A DNA stretch of 64,000 nucleotides from an uncultured Chloroflexia bacterium. Its GTDB lineage: Bacteria > Chloroflexota > Limnocylindria > Limnocylindrales > CSP1-4. The position numbers and the translations under genes were made by a program. The notes beneath the pieces were generated by a model. It saw only the letters and a program-made list of their open reading frames with translations, ran no database searches and had not been told where the DNA came from. The stretch is from NCBI GenBank assembly GCA_963732805.1, contig CAVTAW010000002.1:826801-890800 (forward strand), written 5' to 3'. Shown here in pieces: positions 32,699-42,517 of this stretch (position 1 is its first letter; each line of letters opens with the position of its first letter).

Positions 32699-33736
32699 TC
32701 AGCGGCGCTCGATCTGGTTCTCCTCCGCGATCCGCTCCTGCTCGACGGGGCTGGCGGTGGGCACGTCGCGATCCACCATCGCGTCCTGCTCCAGGGTCCA
32801 GTCCCAGGTCTTGAGCTGCCGCAGGAGCCGGCGGCCGGTGAGGTCGAGGTGGATCGGCGTGACCGAGATCCGCCGGTTGACGACGGCGTGGAAGTCCGTG
32901 CCCGGCACGCTGATGCCGGATGGGGGCGGGCCGCCGATCCAGTAGTAGGGGATGCCCCGTGGATCGAAGCGCTGGACGAGCTCGTCCTGGTAGACCCGCC
33001 GTCCGACGCGAGTCACCTCGAACCCCTCGCACGCTTCCACGGACACTGCGGGGACGTTGACGCTGAGCAGCTCGCCCCGCTTGAGGCCGTGTTCCAGGAC
33101 GTTGCGGGCGACGACTCTTGCCGCCTCGGCGGCCAGCGCGAAGTCGGGGTGCTCGTAGTACTCCTGCGAGATGGCGAATGCCGGACAGCTGTTGATGACC
33201 GCCTCCATCGCCGCCGAGACGGTCCCCGAATAGGTGATGTCATCGCCCAGGTTTGCGCCGTAGTTGATCCCCGACGCGACCAGGTCGAACCGCTCCTCGA
33301 AGTAGCCCAGGAAGGCGAGGCTGACGGCGTCGGTCGGCGAGCCGTCGATGGAGTAGCCGGTCGAGCCGTCGGCCAGGATCCGCTCGCGGACACGCAGCGG
33401 TCGCATCAGCGTCTTCTGGTGCCCGACGGCGGACTGGTTGGTGTCGGGGGCGACGACGGTGACATCGCCCAGCGGCTCGAGCGCTCGCTTCAGCGCCAGG
33501 ATCCCGCGCGACTCGATCCCATCGTCGTTGGTGACCAGGATTTGCGGACGCGTGGTCCAGTCGCCCAGCGGACGCCCGATCCGCTTGATCGCCCGGCGCC
33601 CACCGCGCGGACCCGCAAGCGGTTCCCCGCGCTCCTTGTCAACGTCACGGCGCTCGGAACGGGCCCGCTCGCGGGTCATCTCGGGCACCTGCTCCGGCGC
33701 GGGCTCCGGGGCCTGGTCCGGCCCGTCCTCGCTCAT
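32699..33736 (-). CDS. surE: 5'/3'-nucleotidase SurE with N-terminal extension
   Basis: ILVTNDDG, SGINYGANLG, YSGTV, ISVTPI. Confidence 0.95.
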   Translation of the reverse strand: MSEDGPDQAPEPAPEQVPEMTRERARSERRDVDKERGEPLAGPRGGRRAIKRIGRPLGDWTTRPQILVTNDDGIESRGILALKRALEPLGDVTVVAPDTNQSAVGHQKTLMRPLRVRERILADGSTGYSIDGSPTDAVSLAFLGYFEERFDLVASGINYGANLGDDITYSGTVSAAMEAVINSCPAFAISQEYYEHPDFALAAEAARVVARNVLEHGLKRGELLSVNVPAVSVEACEGFEVTRVGRRVYQDELVQRFDPRGIPYYWIGGPPPSGISVPGTDFHAVVNRRISVTPIHLDLTGRRLLRQLKTWDWTLEQDAMVDRDVPTASPVEQERIAEENQIERR

Positions 33737-33760
33737 CTCTCGCTCATCTCTCGCTCATCC
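33728..33760 (-). repeat. 3 x 11-bp tandem repeat (AGATGAGCGAG) at the AI-2E/surE junction
   Basis: Minus strand reads GGATGAGCGAGAGATGAGCGAGAGATGAGCGAGGAC. Confidence 0.9.
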
Positions 33761-35013
33761 GCCGGCCGTCGCCTCGGAGGTCCCGGCATCGCCCGCGGAC
33801 GTCCCGGCTCCACGCGTCGTCGCTCGCCCGGAGGCGACCTCCTCCACGTCAGCGTCCACACCGGGCACCGGTTCGACCGGACGGCGGACCTCCCGTCCCT
33901 CGCGCGCGGCGAGCCGCTTGGTCGCCCGATCCGCGACCGTCCCGCCCTCGCGTGACCGGCCGAACCAGTTGAAGAAGAACGCCGACAGCACGGCCGCGAT
34001 GGGGATCCCGAAGATCGCCCCGGCGAAGCCGGCGATCTTGGACCCGATGACGACCGATGCCAGGACCACGATCGGGTGGATGCCCACGGCCCCGGCCATC
34101 AGCCGCGGCTGGAGGATGTTCATGGTCACGAACCAGCCGATGGCCATCGCGATGAGGACCGGGATCGTCGCACCGGGCGCCAGCAGCAGCGTAACGATCA
34201 CCGGCGGCATCCATGACACGAACGGCCCGAAGAACGGCACCGCGTGGAGGACGCCGGAGCCGACCGTGGTCACTGCCGCATAGGGCAGCCCGAACACCAC
34301 GTTCACCACCGCGGTGAGCAGGCCGAACGTGATCCCCATGATCGCCTGGCCGCGCAGGAACCCACCGAATGAACGCGACACGCTGACCTGCAGCAGGCGG
34401 GCCTCGGTCACGTAGCCGGGCGGCACCAGCCGGTACAGGAAGGCCGAGATCGCCTCGCGGTCCACCGCAATGTAGATCGACAGGATGACCAGGATCAGGA
34501 TGTTCCCGAACAGGCCGATGCTGGCGACGGCCAGCGACTGCAGCGGACCGACCAGCTCCAGCGCCCAGGCCTGGAGATTGGCGACGATCTGGGGCGCCTG
34601 GTCCACCAGGTTGACCGCGAAGCCCAGCGTCGCCAGCCGGTCCTGGACCTCGGTCAGCAGGTTGCGCAGCTGGTCCTCGAACCGGGAGCGTTCTGCAGGA
34701 ACTCGTCGATCGAGCTGGCGAGGGTCGCCGACGCCTGCACGAGCACGGCGAGGAGCACGATGACGATCGCCAGGTAGACGAGGATCACCGCTGCGGCCTG
34801 CGGGATCCGCGGGACGAGCCGGGTGACGCCGTTGATCAGCGGCAGCAACGCGAACGACAGCAGCCAGGCGAGGAAGAACAGCAGCAGGATGTCGCCGAAG
34901 GCATAGAACAGGTTCGCCGCGTAGCCGAGCACGATGAACCCGAGGGCGATCACCCCCAGGATCAGGACGGCGTCGACCAGGCGACGCTGGCGATCGGTCA
35001 GCTCGTTGGGCAT
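33755..35013 (-). pseudogene. AI-2E (PerM/TqsA) family transporter split by a 1-nt frameshift near 34684 (real or assembly error)
   Basis: N-terminal ORF 34654-35013 and C-terminal ORF (QPRLMAGAVGIHP, GAIFGIPIAA) join if one C is added at GCT CCC [C]GG TTC GAG GAC CAG. Confidence 0.8.
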
Positions 35014-35104
35014 GGCGCCAGCCTACGACGGGCCGCGGCTGTGCGCACCCCCCAGCTGCGGATCGCCCTGTTCCCCGCTGCGGCTGCTTTCCCTGCGGGG
35101 ATGG

Positions 35105-36124
35105 CTAGCGGAGGCCCATCTTCTGGTGCACCTCGGCCATCGTGGCCTCGGCCATGGGGCGCAGCCGATCCGCCCCCGCTTCGAGCGCCCCTTCGACCTC
35201 CGACGGGTTGGCCATCAGCTCCGCGTACCGCTGCCGGGCAGGCGCGTAGTGGTGGACGATCCGCTCGGCGAGCAGCTTCTTGGTGTCGACGCATCCCGTC
35301 CGCGCTGTCCGCTCGCCTTCCCAGATGTCCTCGTAGTCGTCCCCGAAGAACCGGTGCAGCTGGCACACGTTGCACACCTCCGGCCGGCCGGGATCGGTGC
35401 GCAGGATGCGCCGGGTGTCGGTGACCATGGACATGACCTGCTTCCGGATCAGGTCGGGCTCGCCCATGATGTCGATCGTGTTGCCGATCGACTTCGACAT
35501 CTTCCGGACGCCGTCCGTGCCCAGCACCACCGGCGCCTCCGTGTACACCGCCTCGGGCTCGGGAAACGTCTCTCCGTAGCGGTTGTTGAAGGCGCGTACG
35601 ATCTCGCGGCTCAGCTCGAGGTGGGCGGCCTGGTCCTTGCCGACCGGCACCAGCCCGGCCTTGTAGATGACGATGTCGGCCGCCTGGAGCACCGGGTAGG
35701 TCAGGAGCCCATGGTTGACGTCGTCGGGCTGGTTGAGCTTCTTCTCCTTGTACGTCGGCGTTCGCTCCAGCCAGCTGACGGGCGTGACGGTCGCCAGCAG
35801 CCACATCAGCTCCGCGTGCTCCGGCCGATGGCTCTGGACGAACAGCGTGCATCGCTCGGGATCGAGGCCCAGGGCGAGCAGCGCGGCAGCCATCTCGCGG
35901 GTCCGTGTCCGCACCAGGACCGGATCGTGGGTGCTGGTGAGTGCGTGGTAGTCGACGATGCAGTAGATCGCCTCGTACTCGTACTGGAGCATCACGTAGT
36001 TCCGGATCGCGCCCAAGTCATTGCCGAGATGCACGATCCCGGACGGCTGGATGCCCGAGAAGATCCGTGGTCGAGGAGAGGGCGCGGCCAGGGGGGCCGG
36101 GGCGGGGGCTAGCTCGACGCTCAT
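35105..36124 (-). CDS. trpS: Tryptophan--tRNA ligase
   Basis: FSGIQPSG, HLGN, YPVLQAADI, VPVGKDQ, KMSKS. Confidence 0.97.
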   Translation of the reverse strand: MSVELAPAPAPLAAPSPRPRIFSGIQPSGIVHLGNDLGAIRNYVMLQYEYEAIYCIVDYHALTSTHDPVLVRTRTREMAAALLALGLDPERCTLFVQSHRPEHAELMWLLATVTPVSWLERTPTYKEKKLNQPDDVNHGLLTYPVLQAADIVIYKAGLVPVGKDQAAHLELSREIVRAFNNRYGETFPEPEAVYTEAPVVLGTDGVRKMSKSIGNTIDIMGEPDLIRKQVMSMVTDTRRILRTDPGRPEVCNVCQLHRFFGDDYEDIWEGERTARTGCVDTKKLLAERIVHHYAPARQRYAELMANPSEVEGALEAGADRLRPMAEATMAEVHQKMGLR

Positions 36125-36245
36125 TGCGCCGGAGTGTACGGGATCGCCACGGCTGTTCGGGACGGTACCGGCACGACACCCCGGCGCCCATCGCGGGTCT
36201 GTTCGGCACTCGCCGGCCGGGGCCCTGAACGGGCACCCTCGAACG

Positions 36246-36962
36246 GTGACCGGAGAATCGAGCGACCTTGCGACATCCCCGCCCCGTGCCCGCGCCGCAG
36301 CGCTGGTGCGCGACGTGATCCTCGGCGGGCAGGACGGCATGGTCAACGTCCTGGGCCTCGTGCTCGGCTTGGCGGTGGCCACGGGCGACACCCGCATCGT
36401 CGTCACGGCAGCCCTGGCCGCGATGTTCGCCGAGTCGATCGCCATGGCCGGCGTTGCCTATACGGCGAGTGGCGCCGAGCGGGAGCTCGCCGCGGGCATG
36501 GCGCAGGAGCTTGATCGGGACCTCCTCGAACGTGCCGAGCAGCGTCGCCGCGATCGCCTGGAGACGGTTGCCGGCGGGACGGTCTCCGCCGGGACGGCCG
36601 CGGCGGTCGCGGCGGCCGCCGACGTGGAGGCGGAGGCGTGGCACGCGGAGCTCACGCGGTGGCGGCAGGCGATGGCGCCGGTCCGCGAGACACATCCGGC
36701 CCGGGCGGCCGCGGTCGTCGGCCTCGCCACGATCTGCGGCTCGGCCGTTCCCCTGGTGCCGTTCCTGTTGCTGCCGGTCGCCGTCGCACCCTGGGTCGCG
36801 CTCGTTGCCGCCGCCGTTGTCCTCGGGCTGGCGGGTGCCGAGCGGGCGCGGCTCACCGGTGGCTCGCCCCTCCGCGCCGGCCTGGAGATGGTCGTGATCG
36901 GGATCGCGTCCGCGTTCGCGGGCTACCTGATCGGCCATGTCCTGCGCGCCCCGAGCTCCTGA
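36246..36962 (+). CDS. VIT1/CCC1-family metal transporter
   Basis: RDVILGGQDGMV, AESIAMA, VPLVPF; start approximate. Confidence 0.85.
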   Translation: MTGESSDLATSPPRARAAALVRDVILGGQDGMVNVLGLVLGLAVATGDTRIVVTAALAAMFAESIAMAGVAYTASGAERELAAGMAQELDRDLLERAEQRRRDRLETVAGGTVSAGTAAAVAAAADVEAEAWHAELTRWRQAMAPVRETHPARAAAVVGLATICGSAVPLVPFLLLPVAVAPWVALVAAAVVLGLAGAERARLTGGSPLRAGLEMVVIGIASAFAGYLIGHVLRAPSS

Positions 36963-37068
36963 CCCGGCGCGCGCGCCCGGGCGACCCGCCCGACCTGTGC
37001 GAGGTAGCGGGCGCTACCATCCCCACCATGCCTGCCTCCTACCCCCGGATGTGCCCGTGGATCCGTCG

Positions 37069-38190
37069 ATGAGCCAGCCTCCCCTGCGCGTCGGCGTGAT
37101 CGGCGCGGGCACCGTCGGACGCGAGGTGGTGCGCGCGTTCCAGGAGGACTCGCCGCGGCTCCGGCCCTGGGATGGACGGCCCCTCGTCCTCGTCGCCGTG
37201 GCCGAGCGCGACGTTCCCCGGGCCCTGGCTTCGGGGATCCCCGAGGCGCTGCTCACCGATGCGCCGGCCCACCTCGTCGCGGGCGGTGCCGTCGACGTGA
37301 TCGTGGAGACGATGGGCGGCAGCGAGCCCGCCCGGACCCTCGTCCACGCCGCCCTGTCCGCCGGACAGCACGTGGTGACCGCGAACAAGCACGTGATCGC
37401 CCACCACGGCCCGGAGCTCGAGGAGGTGGCTCGTGGGGCCGGAGCGTCGCTCCGGTTCGAGGCGGCCGTCGGTGGCGGCATCCCGCTGCTCGGTCCGATC
37501 GCCCTCGACCTCGCTGCGAACCGGATCGGCCGGGTGCGCGGCATCCTCAACGGCACGACCAACTTCATGCTCACGGCCATGGCCCGCGAGGGTCGCGACT
37601 ACGCGGAGGCTCTCGCCGATGCGCAGGCACGCGGGTACGCCGAGGCGGACCCCACGGCCGATGTGGAGGGCCTGGACGCCGTGAACAAGCTGGTGATCCT
37701 CGTCCGGCTCGCGTTCGGGGCCTGGATCGATCCGGCTGCGGTCGATCATCGCCCGGGCACCTCGGCCGGTGGGCCCGGAGCCCCCGGGATCAGCGGGGTC
37801 ACCGCCGACGACGTGGCCGCGCTCGCCGCCGAGGGTCGCATCCTGCGCCTGATCGCGACCACCCGGCTGGCCGAGGACGGAGCGATCGAGGCGTCGGTGG
37901 TGCCGACCGCGGTTCCGGCCGGCTCTCCGTTCGGGCGGTGCGACGGGGTGCTCAACCGGATCGAGGTGGACGCGCTGCCCGTCGGACGCGTCGCGTTCGA
38001 GGGCCCGGGTGCTGGCGGCCCGGCGGCCGCTGCCGCGGTCCTGGGTGACCTGGTGGCCATCGCCCGGGGCGTCGGCTCCACCTGGGCAGGGTCTCCGGCC
38101 GCCGTGGAGCTGTCCTCCCTCCCGGTCCGTCCTGTGGCCGCCGAGTGCGTCGCCGCGCCGTCCGGCGCGTGCTATCCGGTCTCGGACTGA
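37069..38190 (+). CDS. hom: Homoserine dehydrogenase (no C-terminal ACT domain)
   Basis: [52 protein letters not shown]. Confidence 0.93.
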   Translation: MSQPPLRVGVIGAGTVGREVVRAFQEDSPRLRPWDGRPLVLVAVAERDVPRALASGIPEALLTDAPAHLVAGGAVDVIVETMGGSEPARTLVHAALSAGQHVVTANKHVIAHHGPELEEVARGAGASLRFEAAVGGGIPLLGPIALDLAANRIGRVRGILNGTTNFMLTAMAREGRDYAEALADAQARGYAEADPTADVEGLDAVNKLVILVRLAFGAWIDPAAVDHRPGTSAGGPGAPGISGVTADDVAALAAEGRILRLIATTRLAEDGAIEASVVPTAVPAGSPFGRCDGVLNRIEVDALPVGRVAFEGPGAGGPAAAAAVLGDLVAIARGVGSTWAGSPAAVELSSLPVRPVAAECVAAPSGACYPVSD

Positions 38191-38197
38191 ACCGCGC

Positions 38198-39277
38198 ATG
38201 ACGGTGCCCAACCCGCCGCGTCCCGCGCTGCTCGAGCGCTACCGGCCCTTCCTGCCGATCTCGGACACCACGCCGGTCGTGTCGCTGGGCGAGGGCGCGA
38301 CGCCGCTGGTCCACGCACGCCGGCTGGGGGCGTCGCTCGGGCTTGGCCGGCTCTACCTCAAGATCGAGGGCCAGAACCCTACCGGCAGCTTCAAGGACCG
38401 GGGCATGGTCCTGGCGGTCGCCAAGGCGCTCGAGGCGGGCGCCGGACGCGTGATCTGTGCCTCGACCGGCAACACGTCGGCGTCGGCTGCCGCCTATGCC
38501 GCCGCGGCCGGCCTCGAGTGCGTGGTCGTGCTGCCGGCGGGCAAGATCGCGGTCGGCAAGCTGCTCCAGGCCCTCGTGTTCGGTGCCCGCGTGATCGCCG
38601 TGCGCGGCAACTTCGACGAGGCGCTGCGCGTGGTTCGAGCCCTGTCCGAGCAGGACGATCACCCGATCACGCTGGTCAACTCGGTGAATCCGTTCCGGCT
38701 CGAGGGCCAGAAGACGGCGGCGTTCGAGGTGTGCGACGACCTGGGGCGGGCACCCGACGTGCTCGCCATCCCGGTCGGCAACGCGGGCAACATCAGCGCC
38801 TACTGGCGCGGGTTCCGCGAGTACCGCGACGCCGGGCACGCGGCTGCCGTGCCCAGGATGTGGGGCTTCCAGGCGGCCGGCGCCGCGCCCCTCGTGGCGG
38901 GCCATCCGATCGAGCATCCGGAGACGGTGGCCACGGCGATCCGGATCGGCAACCCTGCCTCGTGGACGCTGGCGACGGCCGCGCGCGACGACTCGGCCGG
39001 CCGGATCGACGCGGTCACCGACGACGAGATCCTGGCTGCATACCGCGAGCTGTCGCGCGTCGAGGGCATCTTCTGCGAGCCATCCTCGGCGGCCTCGGTG
39101 GCCGGCGTGACCCGCGCGGCGCGGGCCGGAGAGCTGGACCCGGACGCACTGGTCGTGTGCGTGCTCACCGGCAACGGGCTCAAGGATCCGACCACCGCCG
39201 AGGCGGGGCTGACCGTCGAGGTGATCGAGGCGGAGCCGACCGTCGGCAGCGTGGCGAGCGCCCTCGGATGGACCTGA
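38198..39277 (+). CDS. thrC: Threonine synthase
   Basis: [32 protein letters not shown]. Confidence 0.96.
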   Translation: MTVPNPPRPALLERYRPFLPISDTTPVVSLGEGATPLVHARRLGASLGLGRLYLKIEGQNPTGSFKDRGMVLAVAKALEAGAGRVICASTGNTSASAAAYAAAAGLECVVVLPAGKIAVGKLLQALVFGARVIAVRGNFDEALRVVRALSEQDDHPITLVNSVNPFRLEGQKTAAFEVCDDLGRAPDVLAIPVGNAGNISAYWRGFREYRDAGHAAAVPRMWGFQAAGAAPLVAGHPIEHPETVATAIRIGNPASWTLATAARDDSAGRIDAVTDDEILAAYRELSRVEGIFCEPSSAASVAGVTRAARAGELDPDALVVCVLTGNGLKDPTTAEAGLTVEVIEAEPTVGSVASALGWT

Positions 39278-40275
39278 CGGCGCCGGCGCCCGTGTCCCCG
39301 GCCGCCTGGGCGGCGCTCATCGGCCGCCGACTGACGATCGACGTCCCGGCGTCCACCGCGAACCTCGGCGCCGGGTACGACTGCCTGGGCCTCGCCCTCG
39401 ACCTCGTCAACCGGATGTCGGTCGAGGCGGTGGATGCGCGATCGCTGGAGGCCGGACCGGATCGGGTCAGCTCGATCGAGCTCGTGGTGTCCGGCGAGGG
39501 GGCCGGGGAGCTGACGGCCACCCCGTCCAACCGGTTCGTGGTGGGCCTGGACGAGTCCCTGGCGATGGTCATCGGGCCCCGCCCCGAGACCGTCGGATGG
39601 CGGATCGCCATGGACAACCGGATCCCGCTGGCCCGTGGCCTCGGCTCATCGGCCGCGGCGACCGTGGGCGGCGTCACCGCCGGAAACGCCCTGGCCGACG
39701 GGCGGCTGTCGCAGGACGCCCTGCTCCGCATCGCGACCCGGATCGAGTCTCACCCCGACAACGCGGCGGCGGCGCTGCTCGGCGGGTTCGTGGTGTCCGC
39801 GCACTTGGGAGACCGCGTCGAGGCGGTGCGCTTCGACGCGCCAGGCGGCCTCAGGGCTGTCCTGTTCATTCCGGAACGGCGGCTGTCCACTGCGGACATG
39901 CGCCGGGTGCTGCCCGCGGAGGTGCCACTGCGCGATGCCGTGAGCAACATGAGCCGGATCGCCATCGGCGTCGCCGGGATCGCCGCGGGGCGGTTCGAGC
40001 TCCTCGCGGACCTCACCATCGACCGGATCCACGAGCCGTATCGCTCAGTCGCCTTCCCCGAGCTGCCCCGTCTCACGGGCGCTGCGCGGGCCGCCGGCGC
40101 CCTGGGCGCGTTCCTGTCGGGTGCCGGCTCCACGGTGCTCGCGTTCGTGGCTCCGGGCAACGACCCCGCGCCCGTCCAGGCCGCGCTGGTCGAGGCGGCG
40201 AGCGAGGTCGGCCTCGAAGGCCGGACCATGATCGTGGCTCCCCGCAACCGGGGCCCGGAGGTTGTCGCCGGTTGA
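39268..40275 (+). CDS. thrB: Homoserine kinase
   Basis: [33 protein letters not shown]. Confidence 0.94.
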   Translation: MDLTAPAPVSPAAWAALIGRRLTIDVPASTANLGAGYDCLGLALDLVNRMSVEAVDARSLEAGPDRVSSIELVVSGEGAGELTATPSNRFVVGLDESLAMVIGPRPETVGWRIAMDNRIPLARGLGSSAAATVGGVTAGNALADGRLSQDALLRIATRIESHPDNAAAALLGGFVVSAHLGDRVEAVRFDAPGGLRAVLFIPERRLSTADMRRVLPAEVPLRDAVSNMSRIAIGVAGIAAGRFELLADLTIDRIHEPYRSVAFPELPRLTGAARAAGALGAFLSGAGSTVLAFVAPGNDPAPVQAALVEAASEVGLEGRTMIVAPRNRGPEVVAG

Positions 40276-40302
40276 TCCCGGTACGCCCGCCCCCGATACG
40301 GG

Positions 40303-40968
40303 TCAGCCCGGCAGGCGGACCTCGGGGCCGGGCGAGCCTGCCGGCACGAACGGATCGGGCTCCGGCGTTCCGCGTTCAAGACGCACCGGGACGACTCCCG
40401 CCCACACGGGCCAGGTCTCGTCGCCGGGATCGTCGTGATCGATGTCGTCACGAACCTTCGCGGATGCCTCGCGCAGGTCCATCCACAGCACCGAGGTCTG
40501 CTTGCGCTCCCTGGCGGTCATCGGCCGGAGCTGGGCCCAGCGACCCGGGTACAGGTGCTCGATGAAGGCACGCAGGGCGGCGTCCATCTCCGCCTCGTCG
40601 GTCACCAGGTGCGCGGTCCCGAGCACCATCGCCGAACGGAAGTTGACCGAATGGTGGAAGCCGGAGCGGGCAAGGACCAGGCCGTCGAGGTGCGTGATCG
40701 TGAGGCACACGGCGGCGTCGTCAACCGACCTGAGCATCCGGCTGGCCCGCGAGCCATGCCAGTACAGCCGGTCTCCCTGCCGCCAGACGGCGGTCGGGGT
40801 GACGAACGGCTGGCCGTCGAGGATCCAGCCGACATGGCCGACGATGGCGGCATCGATGATCGCGTCGATGGTCTCGCGATCGTAGCGACCGCGCTCGGGG
40901 AGCCGGCGGACCCTGGTGCGGTCGCTGGGCGCAAGGGATCGGGGGGACGCCGGGTTCACGGTGCTCAA
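40303..40968 (-). CDS. Flavin-nucleotide-binding (PNPOx/NimA-like) protein
   Basis: RLPERGRYD, HGSRASRML, DGLVLARSGFHHSVNFRS, WAGVVP; TTG start overlapping the upstream TGA is inferred. Confidence 0.88.
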   Translation of the reverse strand: MSTVNPASPRSLAPSDRTRVRRLPERGRYDRETIDAIIDAAIVGHVGWILDGQPFVTPTAVWRQGDRLYWHGSRASRMLRSVDDAAVCLTITHLDGLVLARSGFHHSVNFRSAMVLGTAHLVTDEAEMDAALRAFIEHLYPGRWAQLRPMTARERKQTSVLWMDLREASAKVRDDIDHDDPGDETWPVWAGVVPVRLERGTPEPDPFVPAGSPGPEVRLPG

Positions 40969-41198
40969 CGGCGGTAGAGGATCCACATCGAGACGCCGGT
41001 CATGTAGCCGCCGCCCACGTTGAACTGGACATTGCCCGGCATGTTGAACTGGGTCCCGACCGCGCCGATGTTCGAGATTCGCCAGCCGTCGGGCGCACGC
41101 CGGGCGGCATCGGCCGCGACCCAGTCCCAGAGCGCGTCGCCGAGCGTCGTGTCGGCCGTGACCAGCAGCTGGTCGTCGCCGATCAGCCGTTCCTTCAT
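40965..41198 (-). CDS. Small hypothetical protein (77 aa)
   Basis: Strong TAAGGAGG RBS; coding-like codon use; stop overlaps the next start. Confidence 0.7.
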   Translation of the reverse strand: MKERLIGDDQLLVTADTTLGDALWDWVAADAARRAPDGWRISNIGAVGTQFNMPGNVQFNVGGGYMTGVSMWILYRR

Positions 41199-41319
41199 CG
41201 CCCCTCCTTACCTTGGGTTCAGGTGGTCTGGCGGGGTCCAGCGTACCCGCCGACCCGCCGTCGCGTGCACCGGAATCGCCGGCCGCGCCGACCCGTCGCG
41301 CGACGGGCTGCGCGGCGGC

Positions 41320-41607
41320 TCATTCGGAGCCGCCCCGGTCCGCGTCGTCCGCCCGGCGCTCGCCACCCTGCGCCGGAGGCGTCCACGACCGGTCGGCATA
41401 GCGCATCTGGCGCTGGATGAGGTCGTCGCTCAGGCGCTCGGCATCCGCGCGCAGCAGGGCGCGCTCGCGCTCGATCTCCTCGGCTGCCAGCTCGTCGGGG
41501 GTCGATGGCTGCGCCGTCGTCCCGCGGACCGACGCCTCCCCGGTTCCGGTGGGATCCGCATCCGGTTCGTTGCGGTCGCCGCCGAGGATGCGCTTCAGGA
41601 AGCTCAT
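41320..41607 (-). CDS. Hypothetical protein (95 aa)
   Basis: MSFLKRILGG amphipathic start; ATGA overlap with the upstream hydrolase. Confidence 0.7.
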   Translation of the reverse strand: MSFLKRILGGDRNEPDADPTGTGEASVRGTTAQPSTPDELAAEEIERERALLRADAERLSDDLIQRQMRYADRSWTPPAQGGERRADDADRGGSE

Positions 41608-42371
41608 GTCCGGGCGGCGTGGGACGCGATGAAGCCCTGCACCTGGTCCCAGGCGCGAGCCGACGTCGAGCTGAACTCGTCGGCCTTCCGATCGAAGAAG
41701 CTGTGCGGGGCGTCGGGATACGTGGTGATGTCGTGCTCGACCCCGGCCTCGGTCAGGGCCACCTCAAAGGCGCTCACGGCGTCGGCCGTGATGCCCAGGT
41801 CGGCGCCGCCGAAGATGCCCAGGACAGGGCTCCCGAACGTGTCCGCGACGTCCGCCGGGGCCGGGCTTCCGTTGCGCGCCTCCCCGACCGGCCACCCGTA
41901 GAAGCCGATGACACCCGCCAGGTCGAGCCCGAAGGTTGCGCTCAGGAACGAGATCCGCCCGCCCATGCAGAACCCGATCGTGAACACGCGGGCCGCCCCG
42001 GTCGACCGCGCCAGGTGCGCAGCGGCGGCCATCACATCGGCCCGAAGCCCATCGAACGTCGCCTGCGCCACGTGCGGCGCGTAGTCGAAGCCCGGGCCTC
42101 GATCACCGATCCCCGCGGTGCGGCCGAAGTAGTCGATGGCGAGGGCGTCGACGCCGCGTTCCGCGAACCGGAGGGCAAGGTCACGGTAGTAGGCGTGGAG
42201 CCCGCGCACGTCAGGCAGGATCACGATCCCGGCGCCGGTGGGCTCGGCGGCCCGGGCGAGGTAGGCACCGAACCGGTTCCCATCCGAGGCCTCGAGCACG
42301 ACGTCCTGCGCGTCGAGGGAGCCCCCTGCGATCGGTGCGATGGGCGGCCGGGAATCGTGATCGAAGCACAT
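41604..42371 (-). CDS. Dienelactone hydrolase family protein
   Basis: PDVRGL, GFCMGG nucleophile, YPDAPHSFF. Confidence 0.93.
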   Translation of the reverse strand: MCFDHDSRPPIAPIAGGSLDAQDVVLEASDGNRFGAYLARAAEPTGAGIVILPDVRGLHAYYRDLALRFAERGVDALAIDYFGRTAGIGDRGPGFDYAPHVAQATFDGLRADVMAAAAHLARSTGAARVFTIGFCMGGRISFLSATFGLDLAGVIGFYGWPVGEARNGSPAPADVADTFGSPVLGIFGGADLGITADAVSAFEVALTEAGVEHDITTYPDAPHSFFDRKADEFSSTSARAWDQVQGFIASHAART

Positions 42372-42517
42372 TGCTGGCTGTCTCCTTGGCTGGGACGGGC
42401 GCCCGGGGTCCTGCGATTGTGGCGCGCTGCGGGGATTCCGTCCCGAGGCGACATCCGTCGCCGGGCGAAGATCGTCCCAGCCGGGGTCACGGGATCGTGC
42501 TCCGCTAGAATGCGGCC

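Noticed and set aside
36125-36245. T-box leader for trpS
   Set aside because: The region is too short, has no T-box consensus, and the -10 element sits directly before the start codon.
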